Positions 23,982 to 32,508 of a stretch of 64,000 bases of DNA are shown here, one piece after another. A program made the translations under genes and the position numbers. The notes beneath the pieces are model-generated. The model had not been told where the DNA came from. It saw only the letters and a program-made list of their open reading frames with translations, and did no database searches. This DNA is from a virus: positions 1 through 64,000 of the IMG/VR virus record IMGVR_UViG_3300045391_000045; one strand, written 5' to 3'. Position 1 is the stretch's first letter. Every line of letters begins with the position of its first letter.

Positions 23982-24006
23982 CAGTACGAAGCACAGACTG
24001 TAAGGT
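23978..24006 (+). promoter_or_regulatory. promoter TTGACA-N17-TAAGGT
   Basis: overlaps end of KOW gene, precedes tRNA-Arg. Confidence 0.45.
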
Positions 24007-24014
24007 CTGTGTAT

Positions 24015-24086
24015 GCCCTTGAAGTTCAAAGGATGAACAACTCCCTCCTAAGGAGCAGGCTGCTGGTTCGAATCCAGTCAGGGGCA
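24015..24086 (+). tRNA. tRNA-Arg (anticodon CCT)
   Basis: acceptor GCCCTTG/CAGGGGC, D GTTC/GAAC, loop CTCCTAA, T-arm GCTGG-TTCGAAT-CCAGT. Confidence 0.6.
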
Positions 24087-24191
24087 CAAGAAAAAATATA
24101 CAAGGCACAGGGGTTTGGCCCGTCCCCGAATCATGAGCCTTGGGTTCTCGTCCATAGAGAATTTAAGTCAACGGGCCTGCCAAGGAGTGAT

Positions 24192-24386
24192 ATGGCTAAG
24201 ACAAGGAAAATGATTGGCGTCTACTTCGGCAATGATAAGAAAAAGAACTGGATTGGTTCTGCTCATAACAAAGCCATGGTAGAGTTGCTTATTGAAGCAC
24301 ATATGGGCGCTACTGGAAGAAAGCGCAATGAGTACAAAACGTTCAACTATACTGATGACCCTGAAAAATTGGGGCCACCAGACTAA
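24192..24386 (+). CDS. hypothetical protein
   Basis: 64 aa; RBS CAAGGAGTGATATG; the longer track ORF 24009-24386 overlaps tRNA-Arg. Confidence 0.45.
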   Translation: MAKTRKMIGVYFGNDKKKNWIGSAHNKAMVELLIEAHMGATGRKRNEYKTFNYTDDPEKLGPPD

Positions 24387-24665
24387 GGGGTAGCTTGGTT
24401 TCGACTTTGCTGGACGGGATATAAACGCAACCCTTCTTGGTCAAAGAAGTAAAACGGGCCAACCAAATAAATGCAAACTCTATGAATGCATCTGCTTTCG
24501 CTCTAGCAGCGTAAAAGCCGGGTTTGTCGGGAACCTAGGAACAGAATCCCGACTAGTACAAAATGTGTAGATAATGTGTAAGACCCTTCAGTGTGATTGA
24601 CAATGGTTGTAGAACGGTTATATGCTAGATAGTAAAGGACGCGGGTTCGACTCCCGCCTACTCCA
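24387..24665 (+). ncRNA. ssrA: tmRNA (ssrA), tag ANSMNASAFALAA
   Basis: 5' GGGGTAGCTTGGTTTCGAC...GGACGGGAT like tmRNA 5' end; in-frame tag GCA AAC TCT ATG AAT GCA TCT GCT TTC GCT CTA GCA GCG TAA (24473-24514); 3' T-arm GCGGG-TTCGACT-CCCGC + acceptor CTACTCC pairing GGGGTAG. Confidence 0.8.
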
Positions 24666-24676
24666 CACAGAAAGAT

Positions 24677-24856
24677 ATGGTAATGAGAGTAACAAATCTC
24701 TACATCTATGGTACTGTCGAGTACCTGCGTAGGCTTGAGGAAGACTACGTGTTCATGGGTAGACAAGTGAGACTTGAAGATGATAGGCTCATCGTGTTCG
24801 CGCTTCCCAGGAAGAAGCGAAAGAAGTCTCCCAGTAAGCAGCGCCGTAGGCGTTGA
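24677..24856 (+). CDS. hypothetical basic small protein
   Basis: 59 aa ORF with Lys/Arg-rich tail. Confidence 0.3.
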   Translation: MVMRVTNLYIYGTVEYLRRLEEDYVFMGRQVRLEDDRLIVFALPRKKRKKSPSKQRRRR

Positions 24857-25447
24857 CAGACAGGGTTGGAACCTGTTAAGGTATAAGTAGAAGGTCAGGC
24901 AGTCGGACAAGGCTTAGGCGAGTGAGAGTAGTTCAAGCGGTGGTAACTTAAATGCCCACTTAATGATGCTCAACAAATCGGTGGGATGCGAGTGGACTAG
25001 TCCTGACCTTTTAAGCTTCAATCTGTGGATAACGAAAGGGGTCCGGCGTTCTGTGAACTGGCAGTCGGGTAGCCTGGCATGATACAATAAACCTCTAGCG
25101 GGGTTAGTCACCCAAGAGTAAAGTTCATTGAGGGTGAGCAGATTGAAAACTAGGTTGCGAGAGGGACAACGGGTGTGCTAAGGTTAGGTACCGAATCAAG
25201 GCACCAAGGTAGATAAGGGGAGAACAGCAAAGGGTCTCCGTGTATCGCAACCAAGCTTTGCAGCAAGCAGGCCAAACGCTATAGACAGGGATACAAGGTT
25301 CTGAAAAGATAACGCCCATTTGGCAGGGTAGAAAGTTATCACCTGATGCTATCCACGCTGCAACTATGGAGATGACCGGAAACTTCTCCATAAGCTTCCT
25401 TCGTACAAAGCTGTAGGAATAAAAACAAACACGAAGGGTATTAAAAT

Positions 25448-26332
25448 ATGTGGTACATTGGTTTCGCCAGTCTCTTTATTCTCGTCGGTCTGGTCGCTTT
25501 CGTAGTCGGTTTCATGACTAAGAATGACCCGAGCGTTCGAAAGGGGGCCTATGGTGTAACTGCCGCAATGGTTCTTCTGCTTGTGGTTGTCACTGCGTTT
25601 AATTCTGTGACTAAGGTTGATGCTCGTAACGTCGGTATTCAGACTGCTTTTGGTCGGTACCAGGGACAGCTTGACAATGGTCTTCAGATTATCGCACCTT
25701 GGTCTGAGCACGAGGATTTCTCGACGCAGATTCAGTACCTTGACCTTGATGGCGACAAGTGGGCTGATGGCGCTCCGGTCACGTTTTCTGGTGGTGGTCG
25801 TGGTGTTGTTTACGCTACTCCGCGTTGGTACATCAACAAGGAGGATGCTGGTCAGCTCTGGAAGAAGTACAAGACTCTTGACAACGTGAGTGACCGTCTT
25901 GTAAGGTCTTCTGTGAAGGACTCGTTCCGAGCCGTCATGACGGAGTACACCCCGAATGACGCTCGTACCAACGTTCGTGAGATTACTCAGAAGGTCGAAG
26001 ATGACCTTGCCCGTACGCTTGGTGATGATGGTATTAAGATTGACTCCATCAGCATCCGTGATATTCAGCTTGACGACCGTACTCAGGCTTCTCTCGACAA
26101 GATTGTTCAGGCGAACAACGACATTGAGCGAGCCAAGGCGGAGCAGCAGCGTGCTAAGATTGACGCTGAGACGCTGAAGATTAAGCAGAAGGGCGGTAAC
26201 CTTACCGAGGGTGGTCTTACTGACAAGTGTCTCACGGTGATGGACAAGTGGGACGTCAAGAAGAATGGTAACCTTCCTGCGGGATTCTCCTGCAATGGTG
26301 TGGGTACTCCGTTCACTGTCACCAACAAGTGA
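25448..26332 (+). CDS. SPFH/band-7 (stomatin/prohibitin-like) membrane protein
   Basis: N-terminal TM then SPFH-like core, C-terminal coiled coil. Confidence 0.65.
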   Translation: MWYIGFASLFILVGLVAFVVGFMTKNDPSVRKGAYGVTAAMVLLLVVVTAFNSVTKVDARNVGIQTAFGRYQGQLDNGLQIIAPWSEHEDFSTQIQYLDLDGDKWADGAPVTFSGGGRGVVYATPRWYINKEDAGQLWKKYKTLDNVSDRLVRSSVKDSFRAVMTEYTPNDARTNVREITQKVEDDLARTLGDDGIKIDSISIRDIQLDDRTQASLDKIVQANNDIERAKAEQQRAKIDAETLKIKQKGGNLTEGGLTDKCLTVMDKWDVKKNGNLPAGFSCNGVGTPFTVTNK

Positions 26333-26388
26333 CAATCGCGGCCCTTCGGGGCCGCAAGCTTACCTGACAATTTACCTAAGGAGTTGAA

Positions 26389-26691
26389 ATGGCTACCGGC
26401 AAGGAGCGCGGCTACAAGGATTGGAAGCTCTCCAAGGAATTCAAGCGCAGTGCTCGAAACTACACTGAGACCGATGTTATGCCCGCTCGTAAGGTTCGAC
26501 CCAAGAACGCCAAGAAGTGGTGCAAGAAGAAGATTGGTCGTGAGCACAAGTTTGAGAAGACCGGAATGACTTTCTTCTGGGCGGGTTACTTTCCTTGGCA
26601 GATTCGTGACGAATGGCGCACTAGCTACAAGTGTACTGACTGTGGTGCTACCAAGACCGAAAGCGTTTTTCGAGACGTTCCGGTTGACTGA
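26389..26691 (+). CDS. hypothetical protein with C-terminal zinc ribbon
   Basis: 100 aa; hairpin-CAAGCTT upstream; CTDCG. Confidence 0.5.
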   Translation: MATGKERGYKDWKLSKEFKRSARNYTETDVMPARKVRPKNAKKWCKKKIGREHKFEKTGMTFFWAGYFPWQIRDEWRTSYKCTDCGATKTESVFRDVPVD

Positions 26692-26725
26692 TTGGACACT
26701 CAATCTCTCACTGGTATAATGGAGA

Positions 26726-27172
26726 ATGAATCCATCAAGTTGGGAGGAAATTATGAGCGATACATTCCTAGAACAAATGGGATTTAAGTTCATTGCCGAC
26801 CTTTTGACGGAAATCCGAAATGGCCAGTTGAGATTGGAGGAAATCATGGCAGACCTACAGACAGAAGTTGCAGAGCTTCGTGATGCAGTTTCAGGCGTAT
26901 CAGCACGTGTTGATGCACTCGTTGGACCACTTACGGATGCCGTACGAGAGGCACAGGATGCTCTAGCAGCAGAGCGTGAGGCAGCGGCTAATCTAGCAGC
27001 AGCAGAAGACGCTGAGGACGTTGAGCAGAATCGTCAGCTAGATGAGGCTAAGGCAGCTACAGACGCAGCCCTAGCAAACGCTCAGCAGGCATCAGATGAA
27101 ATTAGTGCGGAAACAGACCGTCTAAATTCAATTGCACAGCCAACCACAACTCCAGAAGAGCCACAGGCTTGA
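26726..27172 (+). CDS. coiled-coil protein
   Basis: Ala/Glu-rich heptad-like region. Confidence 0.45.
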   Translation: MNPSSWEEIMSDTFLEQMGFKFIADLLTEIRNGQLRLEEIMADLQTEVAELRDAVSGVSARVDALVGPLTDAVREAQDALAAEREAAANLAAAEDAEDVEQNRQLDEAKAATDAALANAQQASDEISAETDRLNSIAQPTTTPEEPQA

Positions 27173-27195
27173 TAATTAAATAACTTTCAGAACCC

Positions 27196-27226
27196 CGCTT
27201 CGGCGGGGTTTCTGTTTTTGGAGGAT
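27196..27226 (+). terminator. rho-independent terminator
   Basis: AACCCCGC-TTCG-GCGGGGTT then TCTGTTTTT. Confidence 0.7.
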
Positions 27227-27228
27227 AA

Positions 27229-27411
27229 ATGAGAAAGTTCTACGCTATTGGATATGATGAAGCATCAGCACTAAAGGCATGTGTGAATGGCTGGTACACA
27301 AACCAACCTTTCTGGCCTGAGTATGATACACTCCTTCCATATCTTGAGCAAGCAAAGAAGATTGTTCCTGAGATTCCATTGAGGATTTACACAATCAAGG
27401 TTGGTGGATAG
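27229..27411 (+). CDS. hypothetical protein
   Basis: 60 aa, RBS GGAGGATAAATG. Confidence 0.45.
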   Translation: MRKFYAIGYDEASALKACVNGWYTNQPFWPEYDTLLPYLEQAKKIVPEIPLRIYTIKVGG

Positions 27412-27673
27412 AATGTCAAAGAGCCGGAAGAAGTTTCTTTGCCTGGACTGTGGAGTTGATACGGGCCGGATTGGCGAACACTACATGCTCATTGATGAGA
27501 CGTGGCACTTGACAGGGCTTCGCAAGTATGGAATGCTCTGTATTGAGCACGTAGAGAAGCGCATCGGTCGTGAGCTTACGGCCAGTGACTTCAACGACTC
27601 GTACCTGAACAACGCTCGTACAGGTATCGTAAGCCAAAGACTTGCAGAGCGTATGGGTCTTATGGTAAGGTAG
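27401..27673 (+). CDS. zinc-finger protein
   Basis: CLDCG...C..H. Confidence 0.45.
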   Translation: MVDRMSKSRKKFLCLDCGVDTGRIGEHYMLIDETWHLTGLRKYGMLCIEHVEKRIGRELTASDFNDSYLNNARTGIVSQRLAERMGLMVR

Positions 27674-27695
27674 ATTTATCGCCCTTCGGGGCAAT

Positions 27696-27778
27696 GCACA
27701 TATGGCGGAATGGCAGACGCGCTAGCTTGAGGTGCTAGTCTCAGAAATGGGGTGGGAGTTCGACTCTCCCTATGTGCA
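27696..27778 (+). tRNA. tRNA-Leu (anticodon GAG)
   Basis: acceptor GCACATA/TATGTGC perfect, anticodon arm CTAGC-TTGAGGT-GCTAG, long variable arm, T-arm GGGAG-TTCGACT-CTCCC. Confidence 0.6.
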
Positions 27779-27784
27779 CGTCCT

Positions 27785-27934
27785 TGTAGCTTAAAAGGAA
27801 GAGCGCCGTAAAAACGGAGACGGGTCATAATAGGAAAGGTTGCGGATGCACCGAATGGCTCTAGTAGGGTCTGTAGGGAAGCGCGTTTTCCAAGCCTATT
27901 TACAGTGGTGTGAGTTCGAATCTCACCAGGGACA
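27785..27934 (+). ncRNA. interrupted tRNA-like gene: tRNA 5' half and 3' half separated by ~95-nt insertion
   Basis: 5' GTCCTTG-TA-GCTT-AAAAGGAA-GAGC pairs with 3' ...GTGAG-TTCGAAT-CTCAC-CAGGGAC-A; no anticodon arm can be folded between them. Confidence 0.4.
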
Positions 27935-27935
27935 C

Positions 27936-28109
27936 ATGGCTTATCTAAGAGTAGGTGCACAGGTTACAATTTGTGAGAACTTCAATAAGAAGGGTCGAAA
28001 TTGGAAGAACGTAACTGGCTATATTCTTATGATGACTCGCAAGGAAGTGACAGTGCAAACAGAGTATGGTCAAATTATCGTACCTAGGAAAAAGGTGGTG
28101 GCTAATTGA
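27936..28109 (+). CDS. small KOW/SH3-like protein starting 2 nt after tRNA-like 3' end
   Basis: 57 aa MAYLRVGAQVTICENF...; junction CAGGGACACATGG. Confidence 0.4.
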   Translation: MAYLRVGAQVTICENFNKKGRNWKNVTGYILMMTRKEVTVQTEYGQIIVPRKKVVAN

Positions 28110-28381
28110 GCTACATTGTCTGGCGCGACCTTCTTGATATGGATGAGAATGACCCACTTTTCGAGCGGGTTAGCGGTCTTGATGACATTATCACTCAGAA
28201 ATACCAGCAGGGTTGGGTAGAAGATGAATTCGGAATTGGCTGGACCATTGAACAGGCTGAGGAATACATGAAGGAAAAGGGTTATCCATGTATCTTTCCA
28301 GAGCCTAGTTGCTACAATACTCTACTTATCCTGGCATACATGATTAAGAATGGAGAAATTGACCTCAATGGGAATCTTTAA
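28106..28381 (+). CDS. hypothetical protein
   Basis: 91 aa. Confidence 0.45.
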   Translation: MSYIVWRDLLDMDENDPLFERVSGLDDIITQKYQQGWVEDEFGIGWTIEQAEEYMKEKGYPCIFPEPSCYNTLLILAYMIKNGEIDLNGNL

Positions 28382-28538
28382 TCGAGACGGATTCAAGAAC
28401 GGTCAGAAGGTTTATATCCCTAAGATGGCTCAGTATGGTACCGTAAAGATGAAGCGTGGTGGTCTCATCAAGGTTAAGCCGTACAAGAGTAGTGATGAAA
28501 TTTGGGTTCACCCTCATGAGATTGAGGATGGACGCTGA
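28350..28538 (+). CDS. small KOW/SH3-like protein (paralog family)
   Basis: GQKVYIPKMAQYGTVKMKRGGLIKV. Confidence 0.45.
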   Translation: MEKLTSMGIFNRDGFKNGQKVYIPKMAQYGTVKMKRGGLIKVKPYKSSDEIWVHPHEIEDGR

Positions 28539-28552
28539 GCCCGAAAGGGCAT

Positions 28553-28642
28553 GGAAGTGTGGCTGAGTCCGGTTTAAGGCGCTTCACTGCTAATGAAGTG
28601 GTTTCGTAAAGAGGCCCGCAGGTTCGAATCCTGTCACTTCCG
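28553..28642 (+). tRNA. tRNA-Ser (anticodon GCT)
   Basis: acceptor GGAAGTG/CACTTCC perfect, anticodon arm TTCAC-TGCTAAT-GAAGT, long variable arm, T-arm GCAGG-TTCGAAT-CCTGT. Confidence 0.6.
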
Positions 28643-28656
28643 CTGGAGTTGATAAC

Positions 28657-28815
28657 ATGAAACTCTTCAAGAGAAAGTTTCCTTTTAAGAAAAAGGATTG
28701 TCCACACATGCATGTTCGTAATATCTACGGTGATGAAATCATTGCTGCTGGATGGCGTAGAAGTCAGTGTATGGACTGTAGTACATTCTTTAAGAGCCTA
28801 AACGGAAAGGCATAG
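28657..28815 (+). CDS. small zinc-ribbon protein
   Basis: 52 aa CPHMH...CMDC. Confidence 0.35.
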   Translation: MKLFKRKFPFKKKDCPHMHVRNIYGDEIIAAGWRRSQCMDCSTFFKSLNGKA

Positions 28816-28817
28816 AA

Positions 28818-29885
28818 ATGGTACACGTTTCGAAGATTTTCTCGCTCGATGCGTTGCAGAAGGATATCGATGCGGGATTGGTACGTTCACAGGTAAATGA
28901 GGATGGGACGCTCCGCATTTACAATTACACCGAAGAGGTTCAGTACAAGCGAATGTGGAATGACGTTACGCTGAATTGTCGTGGCCTTATTCTCGACAAT
29001 TACATGCACGTTGTTGCTCGTCCATGGAAGAAGTTCTTCAATTTCGGTGAGCGTCCTCTTCTATTCAGCACTGACACTCCGGTTGAGGTGACTGACAAGA
29101 AGGATGGTTCATTGGGTATTCTTTATCGTCACCCAATGACCGGGGATTACCGAATTGCAACTCGTGGCTCTTTCTTGTCTGACCAGGCTATTCACGCTAC
29201 AAAGGTCTGGGACAACAAGTACAGCCACATCGCACAGCCTTGGGATGGAGTTACATTCCTGTTTGAGATTGTGTACCCTGACAATCGCATTGTGCTGGAT
29301 TACGGTGAGCTTGATGACCTAATCTTGCTGGGTGCCGTTCACAATCAGTATGGATGGTACTACGGTCCGAACGAGGCTGCTGGGATGCTCAACTGGACTG
29401 GTCCTGTCACTGAGGTCTTTGAGTACCGGACCACGAACGACTGCTTCAAGGTGCACCGTTCAAATGCTGAGGGTCTGGTAATTCGGGCCGGTAGCGAGAT
29501 GGTCAAGTTGAAGCAGGAGGACTACGTGGCTTTGCACAAGCTAGTCACAGGTCTGAACGAGCGTGCTGTATGGGAGCGCTTGAAGGCAGGCGAGACACGT
29601 GATAGTATCTGTGCATCGCTTCCCGATGAGTTCCACGGATTTGTTGACAAGGTTGCGGATGAGCTAGAGACAAAGTTCAACGAGATTTACCACAGTTCCC
29701 ACGTGGATTACTGTAAGGTGTTGAACATAATGCCTGGCAAATCAAGCATGAGTAAGGCAGACTGGCGTAAGATGTTCGCATCGCACGCTGTTAAGATGCC
29801 TAACTACGACTTGATTTTCAACTACCTTGACAACCGTCCGGTACAGGAGTCTATTTGGAAAATGATTCGTCCTAAGGGCGAGTAA
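28818..29885 (+). CDS. ATP-dependent RNA ligase, Rnl1-like
   Basis: nucleotidyltransferase motif I VTDKKDGSLG (KxDG), 355 aa. Confidence 0.65.
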   Translation: MVHVSKIFSLDALQKDIDAGLVRSQVNEDGTLRIYNYTEEVQYKRMWNDVTLNCRGLILDNYMHVVARPWKKFFNFGERPLLFSTDTPVEVTDKKDGSLGILYRHPMTGDYRIATRGSFLSDQAIHATKVWDNKYSHIAQPWDGVTFLFEIVYPDNRIVLDYGELDDLILLGAVHNQYGWYYGPNEAAGMLNWTGPVTEVFEYRTTNDCFKVHRSNAEGLVIRAGSEMVKLKQEDYVALHKLVTGLNERAVWERLKAGETRDSICASLPDEFHGFVDKVADELETKFNEIYHSSHVDYCKVLNIMPGKSSMSKADWRKMFASHAVKMPNYDLIFNYLDNRPVQESIWKMIRPKGE

Positions 29886-29924
29886 TTTTTCGGCGGGGTT
29901 CGCCCCGCCAAGCTTGGAGGAGAA

Positions 29925-30203
29925 ATGAAAAATCTGGATTATGAAAAAGTCATTGATGGATATAACGACCTTCGTGAAACATGCCTTGTAATTGCTAAGC
30001 TTAACGATGAGCTGATGGGTCCTGACAGATGGCTGAAGTTTGCCATCCAAGACTCGGATATCACGTTGATGTTTACAGAGCGAGGCATCGTGTGCTATGG
30101 TAGTGCTTACACGACACAGACGATGGACAACGAACACTTCAGTTTCATGATTCCGTTTGAATATCTAGAGGAGTTTGAGGCAAATGCTAGAACTGGTGAT
30201 TAA
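29925..30203 (+). CDS. hypothetical protein
   Basis: hairpin-CAAGCTT-GGAGGAGAAATG upstream. Confidence 0.5.
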   Translation: MKNLDYEKVIDGYNDLRETCLVIAKLNDELMGPDRWLKFAIQDSDITLMFTERGIVCYGSAYTTQTMDNEHFSFMIPFEYLEEFEANARTGD

Positions 30204-30603
30204 CCGGGGGATTCCTGGTAGTGGAAAGTCAACATATGCTCGTGAGTGGGTATTGAAGCCAGGAACCAGACGTGCTAGGGTTAATCGTGATGACATTCGA
30301 ATGCAGCTCTATGGAGTTGAATTCGGTGTCCCGATTGAGGAGACTGTAGTAACGGCGGTTGAAGACCAGATGATTAACACCTTGCTTTCTGAGGGTGTCT
30401 CAGTCATCATTGATGACTGTAACATCAGTCAGCGATACATCAACAGGTTTACAAAGATGGGCGAGAAGCATGGCGCAGAGGTGAGAGTTAATCTCATCAA
30501 CGTTGACCTTGCGACTGCTCTGGACCGGAATAGCAAGCGTGACCGTTTCGTTCCAACCCATGTAATTCAGGATATGTATAAGAGACTTCAGGAGTCGCTG
30601 TAA
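30175..30603 (+). CDS. polynucleotide 5'-kinase (P-loop, T4 Pnk kinase-domain-like)
   Basis: Walker A GIPGSGKST, RxxxR; adjacent to RNA ligase. Confidence 0.6.
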   Translation: MRQMLELVINRGIPGSGKSTYAREWVLKPGTRRARVNRDDIRMQLYGVEFGVPIEETVVTAVEDQMINTLLSEGVSVIIDDCNISQRYINRFTKMGEKHGAEVRVNLINVDLATALDRNSKRDRFVPTHVIQDMYKRLQESL

Positions 30604-30797
30604 TGTTTCTAGGAATTCTGGGCGGACTGCTAGTGACCTGGTTTCTCGCCGGGTTTTTCCTTGCAGGTGCTTGGGCCGGTATAGGAGGAGATAGATGGTA
30701 TGACAGACTGTTTGGATGGTCTGTCAGCATTGTTTGTTTCCTTCTATGGTATTGGATTGTAGGCACCCACATCAATTGGGGAGGTTTGATTAAGTGA
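30603..30797 (+). CDS. membrane protein
   Basis: two hydrophobic segments. Confidence 0.4.
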   Translation: MFLGILGGLLVTWFLAGFFLAGAWAGIGGDRWYDRLFGWSVSIVCFLLWYWIVGTHINWGGLIK

Positions 30798-31015
30798 ACA
30801 TTCCTGAGGCGGATTACTTTGATAACATTGAGGTAATGCCGCATGAAGAAGACTTCACTATGTGGAAGGTTGTTGGTGTCAGGGTTGACATTGACAATAT
30901 CAAGATGACCACTCTTAAGGAGTACATCGCTAACAAGCCTCTTGCGGAAGCGTTCGTAAGATGGTACACTGATAAGTATTGGTCGGACATGCTCGATGGT
31001 GCACAAGACTGTTGA
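30794..31015 (+). CDS. hypothetical protein
   Basis: 73 aa. Confidence 0.45.
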   Translation: MNIPEADYFDNIEVMPHEEDFTMWKVVGVRVDIDNIKMTTLKEYIANKPLAEAFVRWYTDKYWSDMLDGAQDC

Positions 31016-31039
31016 GCAACTGCGGCTTCGGCCGCAAGC

Positions 31040-31068
31040 TTGACAACCACATCGGTTGTCTGTTAAGA
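31040..31068 (+). promoter_or_regulatory. promoter AAGCTTGACA-N17-TTAAGAT
   Basis: hairpin GCGGCTTCGGCCGC then AAGCTTGACA; precedes tRNA-Leu. Confidence 0.5.
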
Positions 31069-31085
31069 TAGAATACATAACGCAA

Positions 31086-31170
31086 GCGGGTGTGGCGGAA
31101 CTAGGCAGACGCGATAGGTTTAGGTCCTATTGTCCTTGTGGCGTGCAGGTTCGATTCCTGTCACCCGTAC
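31086..31170 (+). tRNA. tRNA-Leu (anticodon TAG)
   Basis: acceptor GCGGGTG/CACCCGT, anticodon arm ATAGG-TTTAGGT-CCTAT, long variable arm, T-arm GCAGG-TTCGATT-CCTGT. Confidence 0.6.
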
Positions 31171-31201
31171 TTCAATCGTTGATACGAGGGAGTTAAATAT
31201 A

Positions 31202-31375
31202 ATGCAGTTTAAGCGTGGAGATAAGGTTATGACTGGTGATGGCCATGAGGGTAAGGTCATTGCTACAGACGCACGTCGTGGCCTGGTTGCTGTGAAGGTC
31301 GAGAAGCCTGGTACAGTTGGTCGTAACAAGGGTGACGAGATTAGTTATCGAGAGTCCGAGTTGCGAAAGCGCTAA
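31202..31375 (+). CDS. small KOW/SH3-like protein
   Basis: KRGDKVMTGDGHEGKVIAT. Confidence 0.45.
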   Translation: MQFKRGDKVMTGDGHEGKVIATDARRGLVAVKVEKPGTVGRNKGDEISYRESELRKR

Positions 31376-31415
31376 AAAACAGGTGGGGTTCGCCCCACCA
31401 AGCTTAGGAGGTAAA

Positions 31416-31616
31416 ATGGCTAGGAAGGTCAAAAACGGTACTCCCGTAAGAGTGCATGACCCAAGAAACTTGAACGCCTCTTATAGGAACCAGCTTGGAA
31501 TTATCAAGGATAGCACGAAACTAATTGGCGGGGTTTGGTCATATAAGGTCAAGCTAAACAGTGGTCGTGAAGCCTGGTTTGATGAGGGAGAGCTAAGAGT
31601 TCTAAAGAATACATGA
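31416..31616 (+). CDS. small KOW/SH3-like protein
   Basis: hairpin-CAAGCTT-AGGAGG upstream. Confidence 0.45.
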   Translation: MARKVKNGTPVRVHDPRNLNASYRNQLGIIKDSTKLIGGVWSYKVKLNSGREAWFDEGELRVLKNT

Positions 31617-31801
31617 AACTACCACATTACATTAGTAGATTGTCATGGCACCAGGGAGACCGGGTTATCGTGGCAGTTGGACAGTTCAAGGGCAAGCATG
31701 GTACAGTAACCATGAGAGCTGAAAAGGGAAACTATCTAGTCCTTCTCGATGGAGAGAAGCGACCAAGGAAGTTCCTCAAGGGAGCACTTGACCCAGAGTA
31801 G
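31613..31801 (+). CDS. small KOW/SH3-like protein
   Basis: GDRVIVAVGQFKGKHGTV. Confidence 0.45.
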   Translation: MKLPHYISRLSWHQGDRVIVAVGQFKGKHGTVTMRAEKGNYLVLLDGEKRPRKFLKGALDPE

Positions 31802-31815
31802 AAAGATGGTATAAG

Positions 31816-31980
31816 ATGCCTAGAGAAGATTTGGCAGCCCCAGGGATGCCACCTAAGGCACTACATCCTGTAGACTGTGAAAAGGGTGGAAAGCATAGGC
31901 CAACCACCAGAGAAATGAAGCAGGAAAACGGACAACACTTGAAGTACAATTACTGTACTAAGTGTCGTAAGATTCCGTGA
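31816..31980 (+). CDS. hypothetical small Cys-containing protein
   Basis: 54 aa. Confidence 0.3.
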   Translation: MPREDLAAPGMPPKALHPVDCEKGGKHRPTTREMKQENGQHLKYNYCTKCRKIP

Positions 31981-32005
31981 AATACCGCCCCGTAAGGGGC
32001 ATCAA

Positions 32006-32077
32006 GCCGGTGTAGCTCAGTGGGAGAGCGTCTGCCTTACAAGCAGAGGGTCGGGAGTTCAATTCTCTTCGCCGGTA
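32006..32077 (+). tRNA. tRNA-Val (anticodon TAC)
   Basis: acceptor GCCGGTG/CGCCGGT, D GCTC/GAGC, loop CTTACAA, T-arm GGGAG-TTCAATT-CTCTT. Confidence 0.55.
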
Positions 32078-32194
32078 CGTTCAGAGGAATGACAGCGCTG
32101 GATTTCCTCAGCTTTGAAATTCTGGATGCATACAGAACGATAGGTGAATCGCAGAGGACGATTGGGGGCTGCGTTAAAAAACATCCCAAGGCTT

Positions 32195-32268
32195 GGCCGC
32201 GTAGCCCAATGGCAGGAGGCGACTCTCTCAAAAAGAGTACAGTGTGGGTTCGAATCCCACCGTGGCTA
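32195..32268 (+). tRNA. tRNA with CAA anticodon (Leu by codon) and short variable arm
   Basis: acceptor GGCCGCG/CGTGGCT, anticodon arm ACTCT-CTCAAAA-AGAGT perfect, T-arm GTGGG-TTCGAAT-CCCAC. Confidence 0.5.
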
Positions 32269-32294
32269 CTTCCCGAAACAAAAAGGAGAAAATA

Positions 32295-32507
32295 ATGCAG
32301 TTTACCCAGGTTGATGAAGACGCTTACAATGTTCTCGTGAATCTTAACACGATTTCTCGAATCGGTGAAGCGTTCGATGCTCTTGTTGCTTCTGGCAATG
32401 CTGACGAGCGGGATGAGGCTCTTCGTAACTCCTTCAATGGTGCTTATGCGAAGTTGTCTGAGCCTGAGACTGATGTGGTTGACGAGTCCGATTCCGGACT
32501 TGAGTGA
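32295..32507 (+). CDS. hypothetical acidic protein
   Basis: RBS AAAAGGAGAAAATAATG. Confidence 0.5.
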   Translation: MQFTQVDEDAYNVLVNLNTISRIGEAFDALVASGNADERDEALRNSFNGAYAKLSEPETDVVDESDSGLE

Positions 32508-32508
32508 C

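Noticed and set aside
24009-24191. N-terminal extension of ORF 24009-24386
   Set aside because: Overlaps tRNA-Arg(CCT); real start placed at 24192 behind RBS AAGGAG
24503-24910. Minus-strand ORF over tmRNA
   Set aside because: Region folds as tmRNA with in-frame ALAA tag on the + strand
25364-26847. Minus-strand ORFs 25364-26335 and 26107-26847
   Set aside because: Antisense to the SPFH gene and its neighbours; no RBS; low-complexity translation
32020-32295. 91 aa + strand ORF
   Set aside because: Spans two tRNA genes (Val, CAA) and the spacer; no RBS
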